A DNA stretch of 64,000 bases from Scyliorhinus canicula (lineage: Eukaryota). The stretch is taken from NCBI RefSeq assembly GCF_902713615.1, contig NC_052175.1, forward strand, positions 8,449,941-8,513,940, written 5' to 3'. The notes beneath the pieces were generated by a model. That model saw only the letters and a program-made list of their open reading frames with translations, did not search any database and had not been told where the DNA came from. Shown here one piece after another: positions 47,106-59,849 of this stretch (position 1 is the stretch's first letter; each line of letters begins with the position of its first letter). A program made the position numbers and the translations under genes.

Positions 47106-49062
47106 CTTTATTTACTCATTCATTCAAACCAGAGACACTCATTCTCAATTTTTTCACAAATGGAAACCCTTTCTCCCCATCTCCTCCATATAACTCCTGG
47201 TTCTGGATACCTCCATCAAATCTCCCCTCAAACTCCTCTTCTGCAAAGAAAACCCACCGCATGTATCCAATCTCTCCAAATAACTGAAGATCCACAGCAC
47301 TGGAATATCCTGGTGAATCATTTTTGAACTCCATGCAATACCTTCAAATCCTTCCTGAACTACGGTGCCCGGAAATGAACACAACACTCCATCCCAGACT
47401 TTTTCAAGTTCCACATAACGTTGTTGTTCTTGTATTTTATTTCCTTATCAATAAACGTGATTGCATTGTGTTGGATTCTATATTCAATCAAAATGTCTCC
47501 CTATTCAACAGTAATCTTTATGTTCGTGCTGGTTTTATAGATGTACCTTTTATTTTATACAGTTTCTACATTTTCGCCCAAATACTGTCAGCGGTCCTGT
47601 GAAGAGGTCCATAAAATGGGCTCTCAAACAGTGCCCCATTTTGTGCTAGTCCGGGGTGATGTAGAATGTACTGTCTCAAGTTTCTTATTCAACAGACTCT
47701 TTTGGTTGAAAAGAGGATAAACTAAATGGACGACCATCCCCCGTGGCAGCAATTGAAAAAAATGTTTGGAAACAGGCAACACCTAATTCTGTTTCTACAT
47801 GCACAGCCCCTACCCTCAATTATCCTCCATGTGACCAGCCCTAACACTCTCCCCTGACTAATTACCCCAGCTTGTGAACAGACCGTACCCTGACAAATTC
47901 CACTCCCTGTGAAAAGCCCCTACACTGACTCATTCATCCTCCCTGTGAAAAGCCCCTACCCTGACACCCCCTCCCTGTGAACAGCCCCTAAACTGACTAA
48001 ATCTTTTTTCCTGCGAACAGCCCCTACCCTGAGTCCCTCTCCTCTCTTTGAACATCGCCGACTCTGACAAAAGTCCCCACCGTTTAAACATCCCAACGTA
48101 AATGACTCCTCCCTTAAACAGCTATAATCTGGCACATTCTCCCTCTCTGTGCACGGCCCCTATCCTGACTGACGCCCCACTGTGAGCATCGCCTATCCTG
48201 ACGAATGCCCCCTACCTGTGCATAGCATCTAACTAACCTTATTCCTCTCTCCATGTTAACTGCCCTGACCCTGACTAATAATGCTGTCCCAGTAGACAAC
48301 CCATGACATGACTAATTCGCCATCCATCTAAATAGATCTTAACTTGAATTTTCCACCTGTCACTTCAACAGTCTCTGCCGTGACAAATTCACCCTCTCTG
48401 GGACCAGCATATATCCTTACCAAATCCCCTCCTTGTGACAAGAAGCTACCCTGACTCACCCCTGTGACCAGATCTTATCCTGACTAATTCACCCTCCCTA
48501 TGAAATTCCATGCCAGAACTAATGTCCCTCCATGTGCAAAGTGTCTGCACTGACTCACTTACCATCCTGTGAACAAACCCGTCTCTGACCAATTCCCCCT
48601 CCCTGTGAGCAGCCCCAACCCTGACTAATTCCCCAACCCTATGGACAGCCCCAACATTGATCATTCCCTTTCTCTGTGAACAGCCCCTACCCTGACTAAT
48701 CCCCGCTCCCTGTGTACAGGCCCGTGCGTAACTAATCCCCCACGCGATAATAGTCCCTACCCTCATTAATTCCCACTCTCTGTGAACAGCACTGACGAAG
48801 TGCTCCTCCCTGTTAACAGACCCTACCCTGACTAATCCCTCACCCTGTAATAGTCCCGACTGTTAATAGTTGCACCTCCACGTGAAAAGCACTTTAACGA
48901 CCCATTACGTTTCCCCTGTGAACAGATGCCACCATGTCAAATTACATCACCCCGTGTTAAGCACATGCAACTGACTAAATATCCAGCAATGTCAACAGTC
49001 CCCACATTGGCTAATTCCCCATCCCTCTGAACAGCCACTACCCTGGCATACCGGCCACTACC

Positions 49063-49430
49063 GGGGCAGCACGGTAGCATGGTGGTTAGCATAAATGCTT
49101 CACAGCTCCAAGGTCCCAGGTTCGATTCCCGGCTGGGTCACTGTCTGTGCGGAGTCTGCACGTCCTCCCCGTGTGTGCGTGGGTTTCCTCCGGGTGCTCC
49201 GGTTTCCTCCCACAGTCCAAAGATGTGCGGGTTAGGTGGATTGGCCATGAAAAATTGTTCCTAGTGTCCAAAATTGCCATTAGTGTTGGGTGGGGTTACT
49301 GGGTTAAGGTTAAGGGAGGTTACGGGTTACGGGTATAGGGTGGGTTTGCGTAGGGTGATCATGGCTCGGCACAACATGGCGAGCCATGAACAGGCCCCGA
49401 AGGGCCTGTTCTGTGCTGGGCTGTACTGTT
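49063..49430 (+). mobile_element. Chimeric young HE1-like V-SINE
   Basis: Young-type head, middle block like the 52128 copy, hairpin-modified tail. Confidence 0.9.
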
Positions 49431-49433
49431 TGG

Positions 49434-49655
49434 CCACTAAGGACAATTTATCATGGACAATCCACCTAACCTGCACGTGTTTCGACTGTGGGAGGAAACC
49501 GGAGACCCGGAGGAAACGCACACAGACACGGGGAAAATGAGCAGACTCCGCACAGACAGTGACGCAGCGGGAAATCGAACTTGGGACCCTGGCACTGTGA
49601 AGCCACAGTGCTATCCACGTGTGCCACCGTGCTGCTCCTGTGCTACCGTGCTGTC
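49434..49655 (-). mobile_element. HE1-like V-SINE, 5' part, inverted relative to its neighbour
   Basis: Reverse complement of the SINE head and core. Confidence 0.88.
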
Positions 49656-49784
49656 ACGTGCACATTGCCTACTCTGACTATAGTCCCCTCCTATTAAACA
49701 TCCCAACTTTAATTCCGCCTCCCTGTGAAATGCCCCCAACCTGAATAATTCCCCAGCCCACTGAATTGCCCCTACCCTGATTTG

Positions 49785-52697
49785 TTCACCCTCTACAGGG
49801 TGAATAAGGAAACCTCTGATCAGGAAAAACCTTATTACTACGAAATCCGGTAAACTGTTTCCATGGACAAGATAGTTTCTCTCTTACTCCTGCCACCACT
49901 TCACAACTCTTCACTAGACTTTCCAACGTTACCTTATATAATGGAACACTGCTACTCTCACCTTGAATTCCACATATTACCGCCTTTTCTGGCAATATTC
50001 TTCGCAAACTACATAGCTCCTTGTATCTTACCATTAAAGATTGATTAGCTCTCGTATCTCTTAAAATTGTGACTTCTTTACCTGCTCCTCCTGGTATACT
50101 TGAGTAAACTTCGCCCACACAAGGACATTCTTTAAACAGATCAGGCACATTTTTATAAATCACCTCTTGATCAGGCTGTAACAACTTTTGCATCTCCTTC
50201 GCTTCACTTGGGCTTTGCCTTACCACTACAACAAACCCCACTGACCTATCCTGTTTTACCACATCAGCCTCCGCAGTGCTTTCCTTCAAACACCAACACT
50301 GTGACTTTGCATGCCCGTGTTTATTACTGTGAAAATATTTGAAAGTTTTCATTTCTCTTCCACCCTCCTGGATTTCATATTTATTCTGAAGCATACTCAC
50401 CTTATTATCTCCCATCAGATCACCGTTACCTTTGCCACTTAAGTATTTCTCTTGTCCCCAGTTTCTATCTCTCACAGGCTGAAACTGTTGTCGGAAACCA
50501 ATATTTAATTTATGACCTAGTCCATAATCATCTGCCATTTCTCCTGCTAATCTCATAGTTTTAACCCTTTGCCCTTCCCCACGAGTTTTCACTACATCAG
50601 AAATGTTGAAACTATTTTCAAACATCTGGTCTATCTATCAACATTACTCCGTTTGAACCTTTCAAACTCCATGTATGTTTGACCAAATTATTTCCTTAAA
50701 TTCGTAAACCTTTGTCTGAAGACTTCAGGCACTAGTTCAAAAGGAGTAATGTTGATAGGTGGATCAGTTGTTTCAAAATAGTGTCAACATTTCTGATGTA
50801 GTGAGAACTCATGTGCAAGGGCAGAGGGTTAAAACTATGAGATTAGCAGGAGAAATGGCAGATGATTTGCACCGAAGATGTTTTTTTCACCTCATACGTT
50901 CCAGATACCTCTTCCGGTAGTGATCCCAACACTTCACTAGATCGACCTACCAGCTTTGTTTGAATCAGTAATACCCACATGTAATGTGGCCATTTCATTT
51001 GTTTAGCTACCTTCTCAAATGAAATGAAAAAGGCCTCTACCTTCTTCTCATCAAACCTTTGCAATGCTTATACATATTTAAATAGATTCCCTCCAAGCCT
51101 TCGACTATGACGCACATTCTTACTATCCTCATGAGTATCATCTATCTGTATGTTTCCTTTACGTCCTTTGCGTCCGCGGGTGTTTCATCACCATTTCCTC
51201 ATGTTTAAACTCTCTCTCTTTGTCTTTTTCCCTGATCTGTATCTAACTTTCTCTTTCTTTTTCTTCTGCTAGGGCTATTCTTTCTTTTCTCATTTCTTCT
51301 CTCTCCTTTTCTTTTTATTCTCTCTCCCTCTCTCGTATTCAATCTGCTTTATTTCTTTCTCATGTCCATTGGTTTAAATTGTAACTGAATTTTTGCCATT
51401 TCGAATGAGACAAACTCTATCTCAGGCAACTTGAATTGCTTTGCAACCGCCATAATTACCTCATCTTTCCTCATTTTGTCACTTTATGTTAACTGTAATG
51501 TTTTTGCCAAATCTAAACTTCTACTTTTAATCTCTGCCCGTAAGGTACTGCGTGTGACCGTCCCCACCCCCCAAAACTTCAGAGACTCTGAAAGAGTCAT
51601 TGTCCACAATACACGCCCCACTGAAACTGGAAGACCGCACCTGAAAAGCAACCACAATATGCTCACACCTTCGTGTCTTTATGTTCACGAAGTCAATACA
51701 ATAGAGAGACTCTTATCCCCCTCGATCCCCCAATTTATTATGGGCCAGGGCATAGTGATCCACAAACTGTATCATGGAGTTCATCTGACCCACAACTTTT
51801 ACTGGATTGTGCTATGGGGAACACACGGCCCACTCTACAGTTGTGGTATAGCAGAAAACGAAAAGTATTTTTTTGAATTAAAACAATGTTTGTTCCATGA
51901 ACTCTAGATAACTTTTTATAATAGACAGTGAACATCTTAGCAACCAATAATTCAAATACAACCCCGAAAGAATACAACACTAAGTAATCCTTAATTTCAT
52001 TTTAACATCTGTAAGACAAAATTGACTTTTAACAGAAGCACATCAGGTTTAAATTCACTACTGAGAATAGTTATCACTCTGAATTCATCCAACTGACCAA
52101 GAGAGAGTCGTTACATGGCAGAGAGGACAACAGTGCGGTAGCATTGTGGATAGCACAATCGCTTCACAGCTCCAGGGTCCCAGGTTCGATTCCGGCTTGG
52201 ATCACTGCCTATGCAGAGCCTGCACATCCTCCCCATGTGTGCGTGGGTTTCATGCGGGTGCTCCGGTTTCCTCCCATAGTCCAAAGATGTGCAGGTTAGC
52301 TGGATTGGCCATGATAAATTGTTCCTAGTGTCCAAAATTGCCATTAGTGTTGGGTGGGGTTACTGGGTTATGGGGATAGGGTGGACGTGTTGACCTTGGG
52401 TACGTTGCTCTCTCCAGGAGCCGGTGCAGACTCGATGGGCCGAATGGCCTCCTTCGGCACTGTAAATTCTATGTAAAGTACGCCTGCTTTGGCTGGCTTC
52501 AGCTCCAAAACTGAAACTAAACCAAAAAAACACAGACTTGCACAAACTTTTATACTGAAAGTAAAAAGCAGAGTCAGAGATCAGCGCCACCCACACTCTG
52601 ACATCACTGCAGTAATGAACACCTATTTCTTCAAGGTACACGAACTACAGTTAATCTATTAAAAAACACCCATTTCTAAAGGCACTTTCACATGACA
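49785..52697 (-). mobile_element. Second Gmr1-type Gypsy: LTR (51736-52697), gag and protease, truncated
   Basis: RFDEKKVEAFFISFEKVAKQMKWP; HGHAKSQCW; VTILRDTRANQSLM; LTR ends at cacatgaca. Confidence 0.88.
52128..52472 (+). mobile_element. HE1-like V-SINE inside the LTR
   Basis: SINE consensus. Confidence 0.9.
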
Positions 52698-53170
52698 CCA
52701 GTCGAGAATGTCCTGTTCTCTACTTGATTTCTCCACGTTTTGGTCAAGAAAACCATCCCGTATGCATCCAGGAATTCCTCCTCCACGGCATTGTGACTAA
52801 TTTGATTTGCCCAGCCTATGTGAAGATTTAAATCTCCCATGATCATAGAAACTCCCCTATTACATTTATCTCTAATTTCGTATTTAATGCTATTCACAAC
52901 CTCCCCACTGCCGTTTCGGGGTCTATGTATGACACACACGAGTGTTCTTTGACCTGTGGAACTGTACAGTTTCTCAACTGTACCACACATATTTCACATT
53001 GTCAGAGCTAATATCCTTTCTGACTACTGTGTTGATTTTCCCATTAACGAGCAATGCCACGCCACCACCTTTTGTTTTATGCCTGGCCTTCGTAAATACT
53101 GAAAACACTGGAACATTCAGTTCCCATCCGTGGACACCCTGCATCCATTTCTCCGTAATCCCAATTATAT
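52698..53170 (-). mobile_element. CR1 endonuclease fragment
   Basis: IMGDLNLHIGWANQISHNAVEEEFL in ORF 52688-52990. Confidence 0.85.
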
Positions 53171-53389
53171 CATACTAAAAGGTTGGATAGATCGCTTTCA
53201 ATGCAATTTCATTAAACTGATACATGGGATGGCAGGAATTTCGCATGTGAGTGATTGGACCGATTAAAGCTGCTTCTGATTGCCTTATTGAAACGCCCAC
53301 AATTCTATCATGCTATACGAACTGGTTGGAGGGATTAATCACCAGGTGAGTGCACATCCTCTCAGCATTCTGTGAAATAATACACGTTG

Positions 53390-53600
53390 CAGGTTGAAAT
53401 TGCACAGACAGAAAGAAAATATGCGCTGTCCAGGCTTTCATTTCCACTGTTCAGACAGTGCAGTAACGAGATTTCAGCTCCAGATATTCCTTCAACATGT
53501 CACAAAGTTCTCCCAGTGCTTCCTTGCGGAAGCGCCCTCCCAGGCACATCTCCTCTGCTTTAACTTAAGAATATGTCCTTTGCCTGCACACTCTTAGGGG
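53390..53600 (-). mobile_element. Harbinger/PIF (HARBI1-like) transposase relic
   Basis: Minus-strand translation PRVCRQRTYS*..EEMCLGGR/FRKEALGELCDMLKEYL...TVEMKAWTAHIFF resembles the RVYR.R..YL....CLRRFRF.K...ELC..L...SVEVKV..ALNFF pattern. Confidence 0.55.
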
Positions 53601-54559
53601 TGTGTAATTGATTTGCTTCCTCTCCTGGCAGAGATGAAGGTTGACTCTGCCTTATGATCTGTGCAACTACGTCGAAGCCTCAGAAGAACTGCAAGGAATT
53701 TTAGAAGCCAAGCTGTAAGTGTGATACCTTCGCGGAATTGAAGCAGGACTACATATTTGGAAACTGCATTGGATTCTGCTATGCCTGTCAGAGAGATAGT
53801 TCAAATTAAATTTTTAATGTCCTAGTTTATCTCAGCTCAAGCATTTGAAGTCTTCACTGACGCTTATACGGGTGAAGATTACATCCCGGAGACGTTTAAA
53901 CTTCTCAACTCAAAATATCTTGCAATACCCAAATATCCTTTCGCTCTGAAGCAGCTGTGAGGACAGATGAGCTGTCATTATTGTACTGGAAGGAGTCCTG
54001 TGCACGAGTATCAAAGGCACGATCCTCCGAATACAACTCCGCTTGCCCACCTATATCTGTAGGATGTCAGAGTCTTGACGTGATTCTTCAAAGACCAGAG
54101 GAAGCCCCTGAAAATGAGTCTGAGAAAACAAAGACACAATCTGGAGCACAAAGACCGATCATACCTTCTGCAAACATCAACTAAGTGTGCTGTTGGAGAT
54201 GTGATTCTACATTGGGTCTCAGCAGCCATGAAGTACCCACAGAACCCATGACCTGTAACATGGTGATGGAATATATTTTTATCTTAGGTGATGGAATATA
54301 TTTTTTAGAGAGTCATCGCCGAACATTACATGCACTCCAAAACCATTCGATCGAGTATAGTTCTTTGAACAGAATGAACATCCTCATGGCAAACCAATGT
54401 TCAATTTAAAAATATTTCACTTTCTGTGATGCCAAACTCGCTTTATGCATGAAAGTACTTTGAATGGAATTAATAACCTCGTGCCAAACTGAAGTTTACA
54501 AAATGTATCTTTCTTTAACTTTATGTACATTCTAAACATATTTATTTAAAATAAACACG

Positions 54560-55740
54560 AATATTATAAAACATCAACTCATTGAAAGATGGTCTCCGAT
54601 GTCTCCTGCATCTGCTCGAATATTCTGGAGTGAAAGAACAGTGTTCATAAAAAAGTGTAAAAATGTTACGAACGTCGGTGCATGCCAGCGAAGTTCGAAT
54701 TTTATACATTGTAATTATATCCCCTCCCCCCCGGTACTCCATCGTATACAATCTAAATCGATTCAATCTATCCTCGTCCATCGGTACTGCCAACCCAGCA
54801 ATTAGTCTGGTAAATCTTCCCTGCACTCCCTTTAGATCGAGAACATCCTCCCACAGAAAAGGAGACCAAAACTGCACACTATTTTAGTTGCGGGCTCACC
54901 AACACCCTGTAAAATTTTAGCAAAACATCCCTGCTCCTGTACTCTAAAACTATCGCAATGGGGCCGGCATACCATTTTCCTTCTTTACCACATGCTGCAC
55001 CTGTATGCTTACCTTCAGTGACTGATGTACGCGGACATACAGGTCTTGTTACACTAATTCCACTCCAATAATTTATCAACATCGAGGGAATAGACAGCCT
55101 TTTTGTTTTGCTACCAACGTGGAAAACCCCACATTTCTCCAAATTAAATTGCATCTGCCATTCATTTACCCACTCGCTCAACTTGGTCAAATCACACTGA
55201 AGGATATTTGCATCTTCCTCACAGCTCACCCTCCCACCCAAATTGGTATCATCGGTAAATTTGGAGGTATGCCATTTTGTTCCTTCATCCAAATCGTTGA
55301 TATACATTCTAACTAGCAGCGATTCCAGCACCAAGTCCTCCGGTATACATCTAGTCACTGCCTGCAATTTGGAAAAGTTCCGTTCATTCCTACTTTTCCG
55401 ACAAGTTTTCTATCCATCTCATTACTCTTGATCCCAGCTCTATAAATTTCCACACTAATCTTTTATCCTGGCCTTTGTCAAAAGCCTTTTGAAAGTCCAA
55501 ATACACCACATGCACTGGCTGCCATTCATCAACTCTACCAGTTACATCCTCGATGAGTTCAAGTAGATTTGACAAGCATGATTTCCCTTTCACATGTCCA
55601 TGCTAACTCCCTCCGATCCTGCCACTGTTTTATCGGTGCTCTGCGATTAAACCGTTGATAATAGATTCTAGAATGTTCTGCTGATGACGTCAGGCTTACT
55701 GGTACATAATTTCCTGCTATCTCGTATCTCCTTTCTAAAT
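54560..55740 (-). mobile_element. CR1 RT and C-terminal fragments
   Basis: GKSCLSNLLE, VVYLDFQKAFDK, YINDLDEG..SKFTDDT, VQGRFTRLI. Confidence 0.88.
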
Positions 55741-55754
55741 AGAGGTTACATTAG

Positions 55755-56035
55755 CCACCCAGCGATTAACACTGATGCCTCATAGTGCCAGGGACACGGG
55801 TTCATTTCCAGCCTGGGGTGACTGTTTGTGGGGTGTTTGCACGTTCTCTCCGTATCTGCGTGGGTTTTCGCCGGGTGCTCACAAGATGTGCCACTTAGGT
55901 GGAGTAGCCGTGCTAAATTGTCCCAAAGTGTCCTGGAATGTGCAGATTGGGTCACGGCTAATGGGGTGGACAGGAGAGTGTTTAGGTTGCTCTTTCGATT
56001 GGCCAGTGCACACACGATTGGCCACATTGTTTCCT
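55755..56035 (+). mobile_element. Old HE1-like SINE
   Basis: Diverged head and core. Confidence 0.7.
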
Positions 56036-56427
56036 TCTACACTGTCGGCCTTCCATGAATCCTCAGAATTTTCCCGAAGGGATTCTGTGACATGGTTCCT
56101 GTGGAATCTTTCAAAAACTTTATCGCACGGAGCTTCCTGCTTCCCATATATAACTGGGGCACGCTGCCCAAGATTGAATTCCATAACAATGATTTGGCGC
56201 CTTCGCCATTTCTAAATGTTTAGTCGCCTGTCAGCATTGCACAAAACAGTCTTTAACAAAACTGTCAAGATAATCCTTTCCTGTCCCCTGCCTTCTCATT
56301 ATGATGTGCATTCCAGTATGCCGCTGATCGGTGAGTATTCATGCTGAACAGGCATGTTTACATGCAACGAACTTCTGTCCATTGTGCATTGATTTTAAAT
56401 TCAAAATATAGTTTTTTTGTTTCAGAA

Positions 56428-56680
56428 ATGGGGTGGCACAGTGGTTACCACTGATCCCTCACGGGTGCAGAGACCTGGTTTCAGTTCCGGTTTCGGGTGA
56501 CGGTCTGTTTCTCCCTTGTCCGTGAGGGCGTCCTCCGATTTCCTCCTTAGTGTCCAAAAGGTTAAGTGGGGTCACGCGGGTCGGGTTTTAACGTGGGTTT
56601 TAATTAGGGGGCTCATTCCAAGAGCTAGTGCAAAATCGATGAGGCGAGTGGCCTCCAACTGAACTGCAAATTCTAAGATC
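56428..56680 (+). mobile_element. Old, internally deleted HE1-like SINE
   Basis: ggtggcacagtggtt head, tagtgtccaaaaggtt core, tail. Confidence 0.65.
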
Positions 56681-57419
56681 GATGATCTAACTCTATAAAT
56701 AGTTACAACATTGAAACGCGAGTAACTGGACCTATTTGTTTCCTATTTTACCTGCTATAAATATGGCAGGCAATAAGGTTGCGCTTCTTTCCTTTGATAT
56801 CGATACTATATTGCTTTCAGAGTCGCCAGGTAACAAATGACACCACCACAAGGTTCAACCGGATATCGATCAAAGAGCCAAATAACCAGTTATTTATTTA
56901 AGATCAATGGTACTTTATTTACAAACCAGATTAATCTACACATGCAACATAGACACTGCGAGCTAAACTACACCTAATAACTATGACAACCAGTACTTAA
57001 CTTCAGACACCCGGCATAGGTCAGAGGAACAGTGGCCTTTGTTCGAATCTGGCTCTACTGGGTCTGGAGAAGTAACTGCTGTTCAACTGGGCTCATCCGC
57101 CTGGTAGCGAGCGTTGAACTTGCGATTTTGATGGACGTTGCCAGAGCCTCTGTATTTTACATATAAGTTGAGTCACATATACAGGTCTATCCGCCATACA
57201 TATATCCGGCAACTTTACGTTGCACTGCACCAGATCAGGGGCGTTGTCACATTCGCACGAATGGTCAGAGATCTAAATGTCAAACTCTTCTCTAAGTTAC
57301 GTATTTCTGATCCTCAGTGCGTTTCGAGCATTTGCCGCTATTATTTTCAACTACGTAAGCACATAAACCATGTTGCTGCTCTGTTTTATGGACGTTAGTT
57401 TGACACATTAGATTAGAAA

Positions 57420-58038
57420 TTTTATTGTAATGAATGGCGGTCAACATTTGGCCGCTAGACTTTACGAATGTACAGGGAGAGAACGAGAGAGCATCAGAGA
57501 ACCTGGAAATGTAAGTAATTTTTATTTATTTTTATTACCTAAAGCTGTGTCCTGATGGCTGGTTGGGAAGCTATACTAATTTTTAAAAATAAGCATTGTT
57601 AAACTAATTAAACATAATTACTTAATTGTAACTAAGCCAGAGATCACAGAGTACTGTATTTAGATTTCACATTTATAGTAAAACTCTAGTGCTGGTAAAC
57701 ATGTAGTTAACAGTAACTTTTTTTACTTTTACATTTAATTTACTAATACATTGACGCAATGTCAATTATCGGGGTCCAGTGCTCTGAGTGTGAGATGTGG
57801 CAGGTCCCGGAGGCTTCCAGAGTACCGGATGCCTTCATCTGCAGAACGTGCACCCAACTGGAGCTCCTCACAGACCGCATGGTTCGGTTGGAGCAGCAGT
57901 TGGGTGCACTTTGGAGCATGCAGATGGCGGAAAGCGTCATAGATAGCAGTTATATAAATGTGGTCACACCCAAGGTGCAGGAAGTGAAATGGGTGACCAC
58001 CAGAAAGGGCAGGCAGTCAGTGCAGGAATCCCCGTGTT
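57420..58038 (+). mobile_element. CR1 5' end only (UTR plus ORF1 N-terminus)
   Basis: VQCSECEMW...CRTCTQLELLTDRMVRLEQQL, homologous to ORF1 at 23787 and 31222. Confidence 0.85.
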
Positions 58039-58374
58039 AGTAGAACAGTAGAACAGTACAGCACAGAACAGGCCCTTCGGCCCTCGATGTTGTGCCGAGC
58101 AATGATCACCCTACTTAAACCCACGTAACCCGTATACCCGGTAAACCAACAATCCCCCCATTAACCTTACACTACGGGCAATTTATCATGGCCAATCCAC
58201 CTAACCCGCACATCTTTGGACTGTGGGAGGAAACCGGAGCACCCGGAGGAAACCCACGCACAAACGGGGAGGACGTGCAGACTCCACACAGACAGTGACC
58301 TAGCCGGGAATCGAACCTGGGACCACTGGAGCTGTGAAGCATTGATGCTAACCACCATGCTACCGTGAGGCCCC
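58039..58374 (-). mobile_element. Young HE1-like V-SINE
   Basis: Near-identical to the other young copies. Confidence 0.93.
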
Positions 58375-59149
58375 AATACCGATATGTTCTTATCGATATT
58401 CCTCTCTGTCAGTGATTACCTGATCTTCTGGTATTTAAATAAATTTTACAAATCCCCTGCAATGTTATCAAATGGCGCATCGGCTTCTTCAGCGTCTCAC
58501 ACGCCTTACAGTGTGCACTCTCAACACAAATGCAATACTTAAGCAGTTTATCCTTTATTTCAAATATCTTGGAGAGCAGCTGCATCAGGCCTGCAAAATT
58601 ATTTCCACCATATTCAATGGAATTCTATAACATTCTGTCTTCTGTGTGTCATCTTGCACATACAAGGGCTGTGTCATCTTGTGGGATGAGCACAGAAATC
58701 TCCATCTTTTTTGACATCTATTTTTATGTCAAATTAACTTTCTGATGTCATATTTTTGGTAATAGCTGCAGGGAGAATAAAAGCAAGGAAACAATGATAA
58801 AACGTTGATAATGTGCTTCGATCTCAACTGGAATATGATGTCCTGTTCTGGATTGAAGAAGCAAGTAGACTCGCAAACAGATGGGGCTTTTCACAATCAC
58901 TTCATTTGAAGCCGACTTGTGACAATAAGCGATTTTCAGATGCTCACGAATGGTCTCAGGGCTGAGCAGCTTCTCGTACGTTGGTAGGTTGGAGACATTT
59001 GGACTTTCCTCTTGCAGAGGAATGGACGTGTTGAGGATTATGACGGTCTGGTGAGAGTTGATGGGGAGAAACATCTAATTGGTGTAAGAATCGAGAACAC
59101 GAGGGGACAGGTCCAAATTGAGTGAAAAATAAATCAGCATTGAAAGGAA

Positions 59150-59450
59150 CACAGTCTATTTTAATCCATGCAGTGCAGTGGGAGCATATTCGGCTCATCG
59201 AGTCTGCTCCGGTCATCTGAAAGAGTACCCTTCTTCGGCCCAAACCCCACACCATCCCGTAACCTCAAGGACTGGCAATTTAGCATAGCCAATCCACTTA
59301 ACATGGACAGTGGGAGGGAACCGCAGCTCCCGTAGGAAACCCATTCAGAATCAGGGAGAATGTGCAATCTTCACAGATACAGTCTCACAAGTCCGGATTA
59401 GAAACCGGATCCTTGACGCTGTCAGGCAACAGTTTAGCCACTGTGTCCCG
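59150..59450 (-). mobile_element. Old HE1-like SINE
   Basis: Diverged reverse-complement core and tail. Confidence 0.7.
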
Positions 59451-59849
59451 GTGCTGAACAAGAATGGTGTGACTATTTGGATACATGATTAAAGGAGCAG
59501 ACTACAGGCACGATTCACCAATGGTCTCCTTCTGATCTGTAACAATCCACGAGTCACTTAAAAAATAAGACAGGAAATGATGATGACATGTTACATTCTG
59601 GTGCGTTTTGAATATGGAACGATCCAGATTGTGCTTTCAGTTAATTGATGTCAAGCAGGCAACGGAGTGTCGTTTATTCCGTTCTTAACTGCCGTTGCCC
59701 GTTTTATTTATATGATTGATGTCACACAGGAGTTTGCTGGTCCATCATTTAAACTGGTTTGCAATTCCCATCAGAAAATCACACCCACCTCCCAAATAAA
59801 AATGTATGGTTTGGTAGAGCAGCATTCTCTAAGTGTTTTATTTCTTTAG

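Larger units (their letters stand above)
47790..49780. repeat. About 37-38-bp degenerate minisatellite, interrupted by SINEs
   Basis: Unit approx. cagcccctaccctgactaatccccctccctgtgaa (e.g. 48681 to 48718). Confidence 0.88.

Noticed and set aside
37940-49780. Tandem arrays as CRISPR-like repeat-spacer structures
   Set aside because: Units are contiguous and degenerate with no unique spacers, and the context is a vertebrate genome.
56790-57255. Possible solo LTR or unclassified interspersed repeat ending in ...tgtcaca
   Set aside because: Only one copy in the window, and boundaries and TSD could not be established.
20216-58376. Recurrent ORF MVVSINASQLQGPRFDSRLGHC... in many places
   Set aside because: Translation of young SINE copies, not a gene family.
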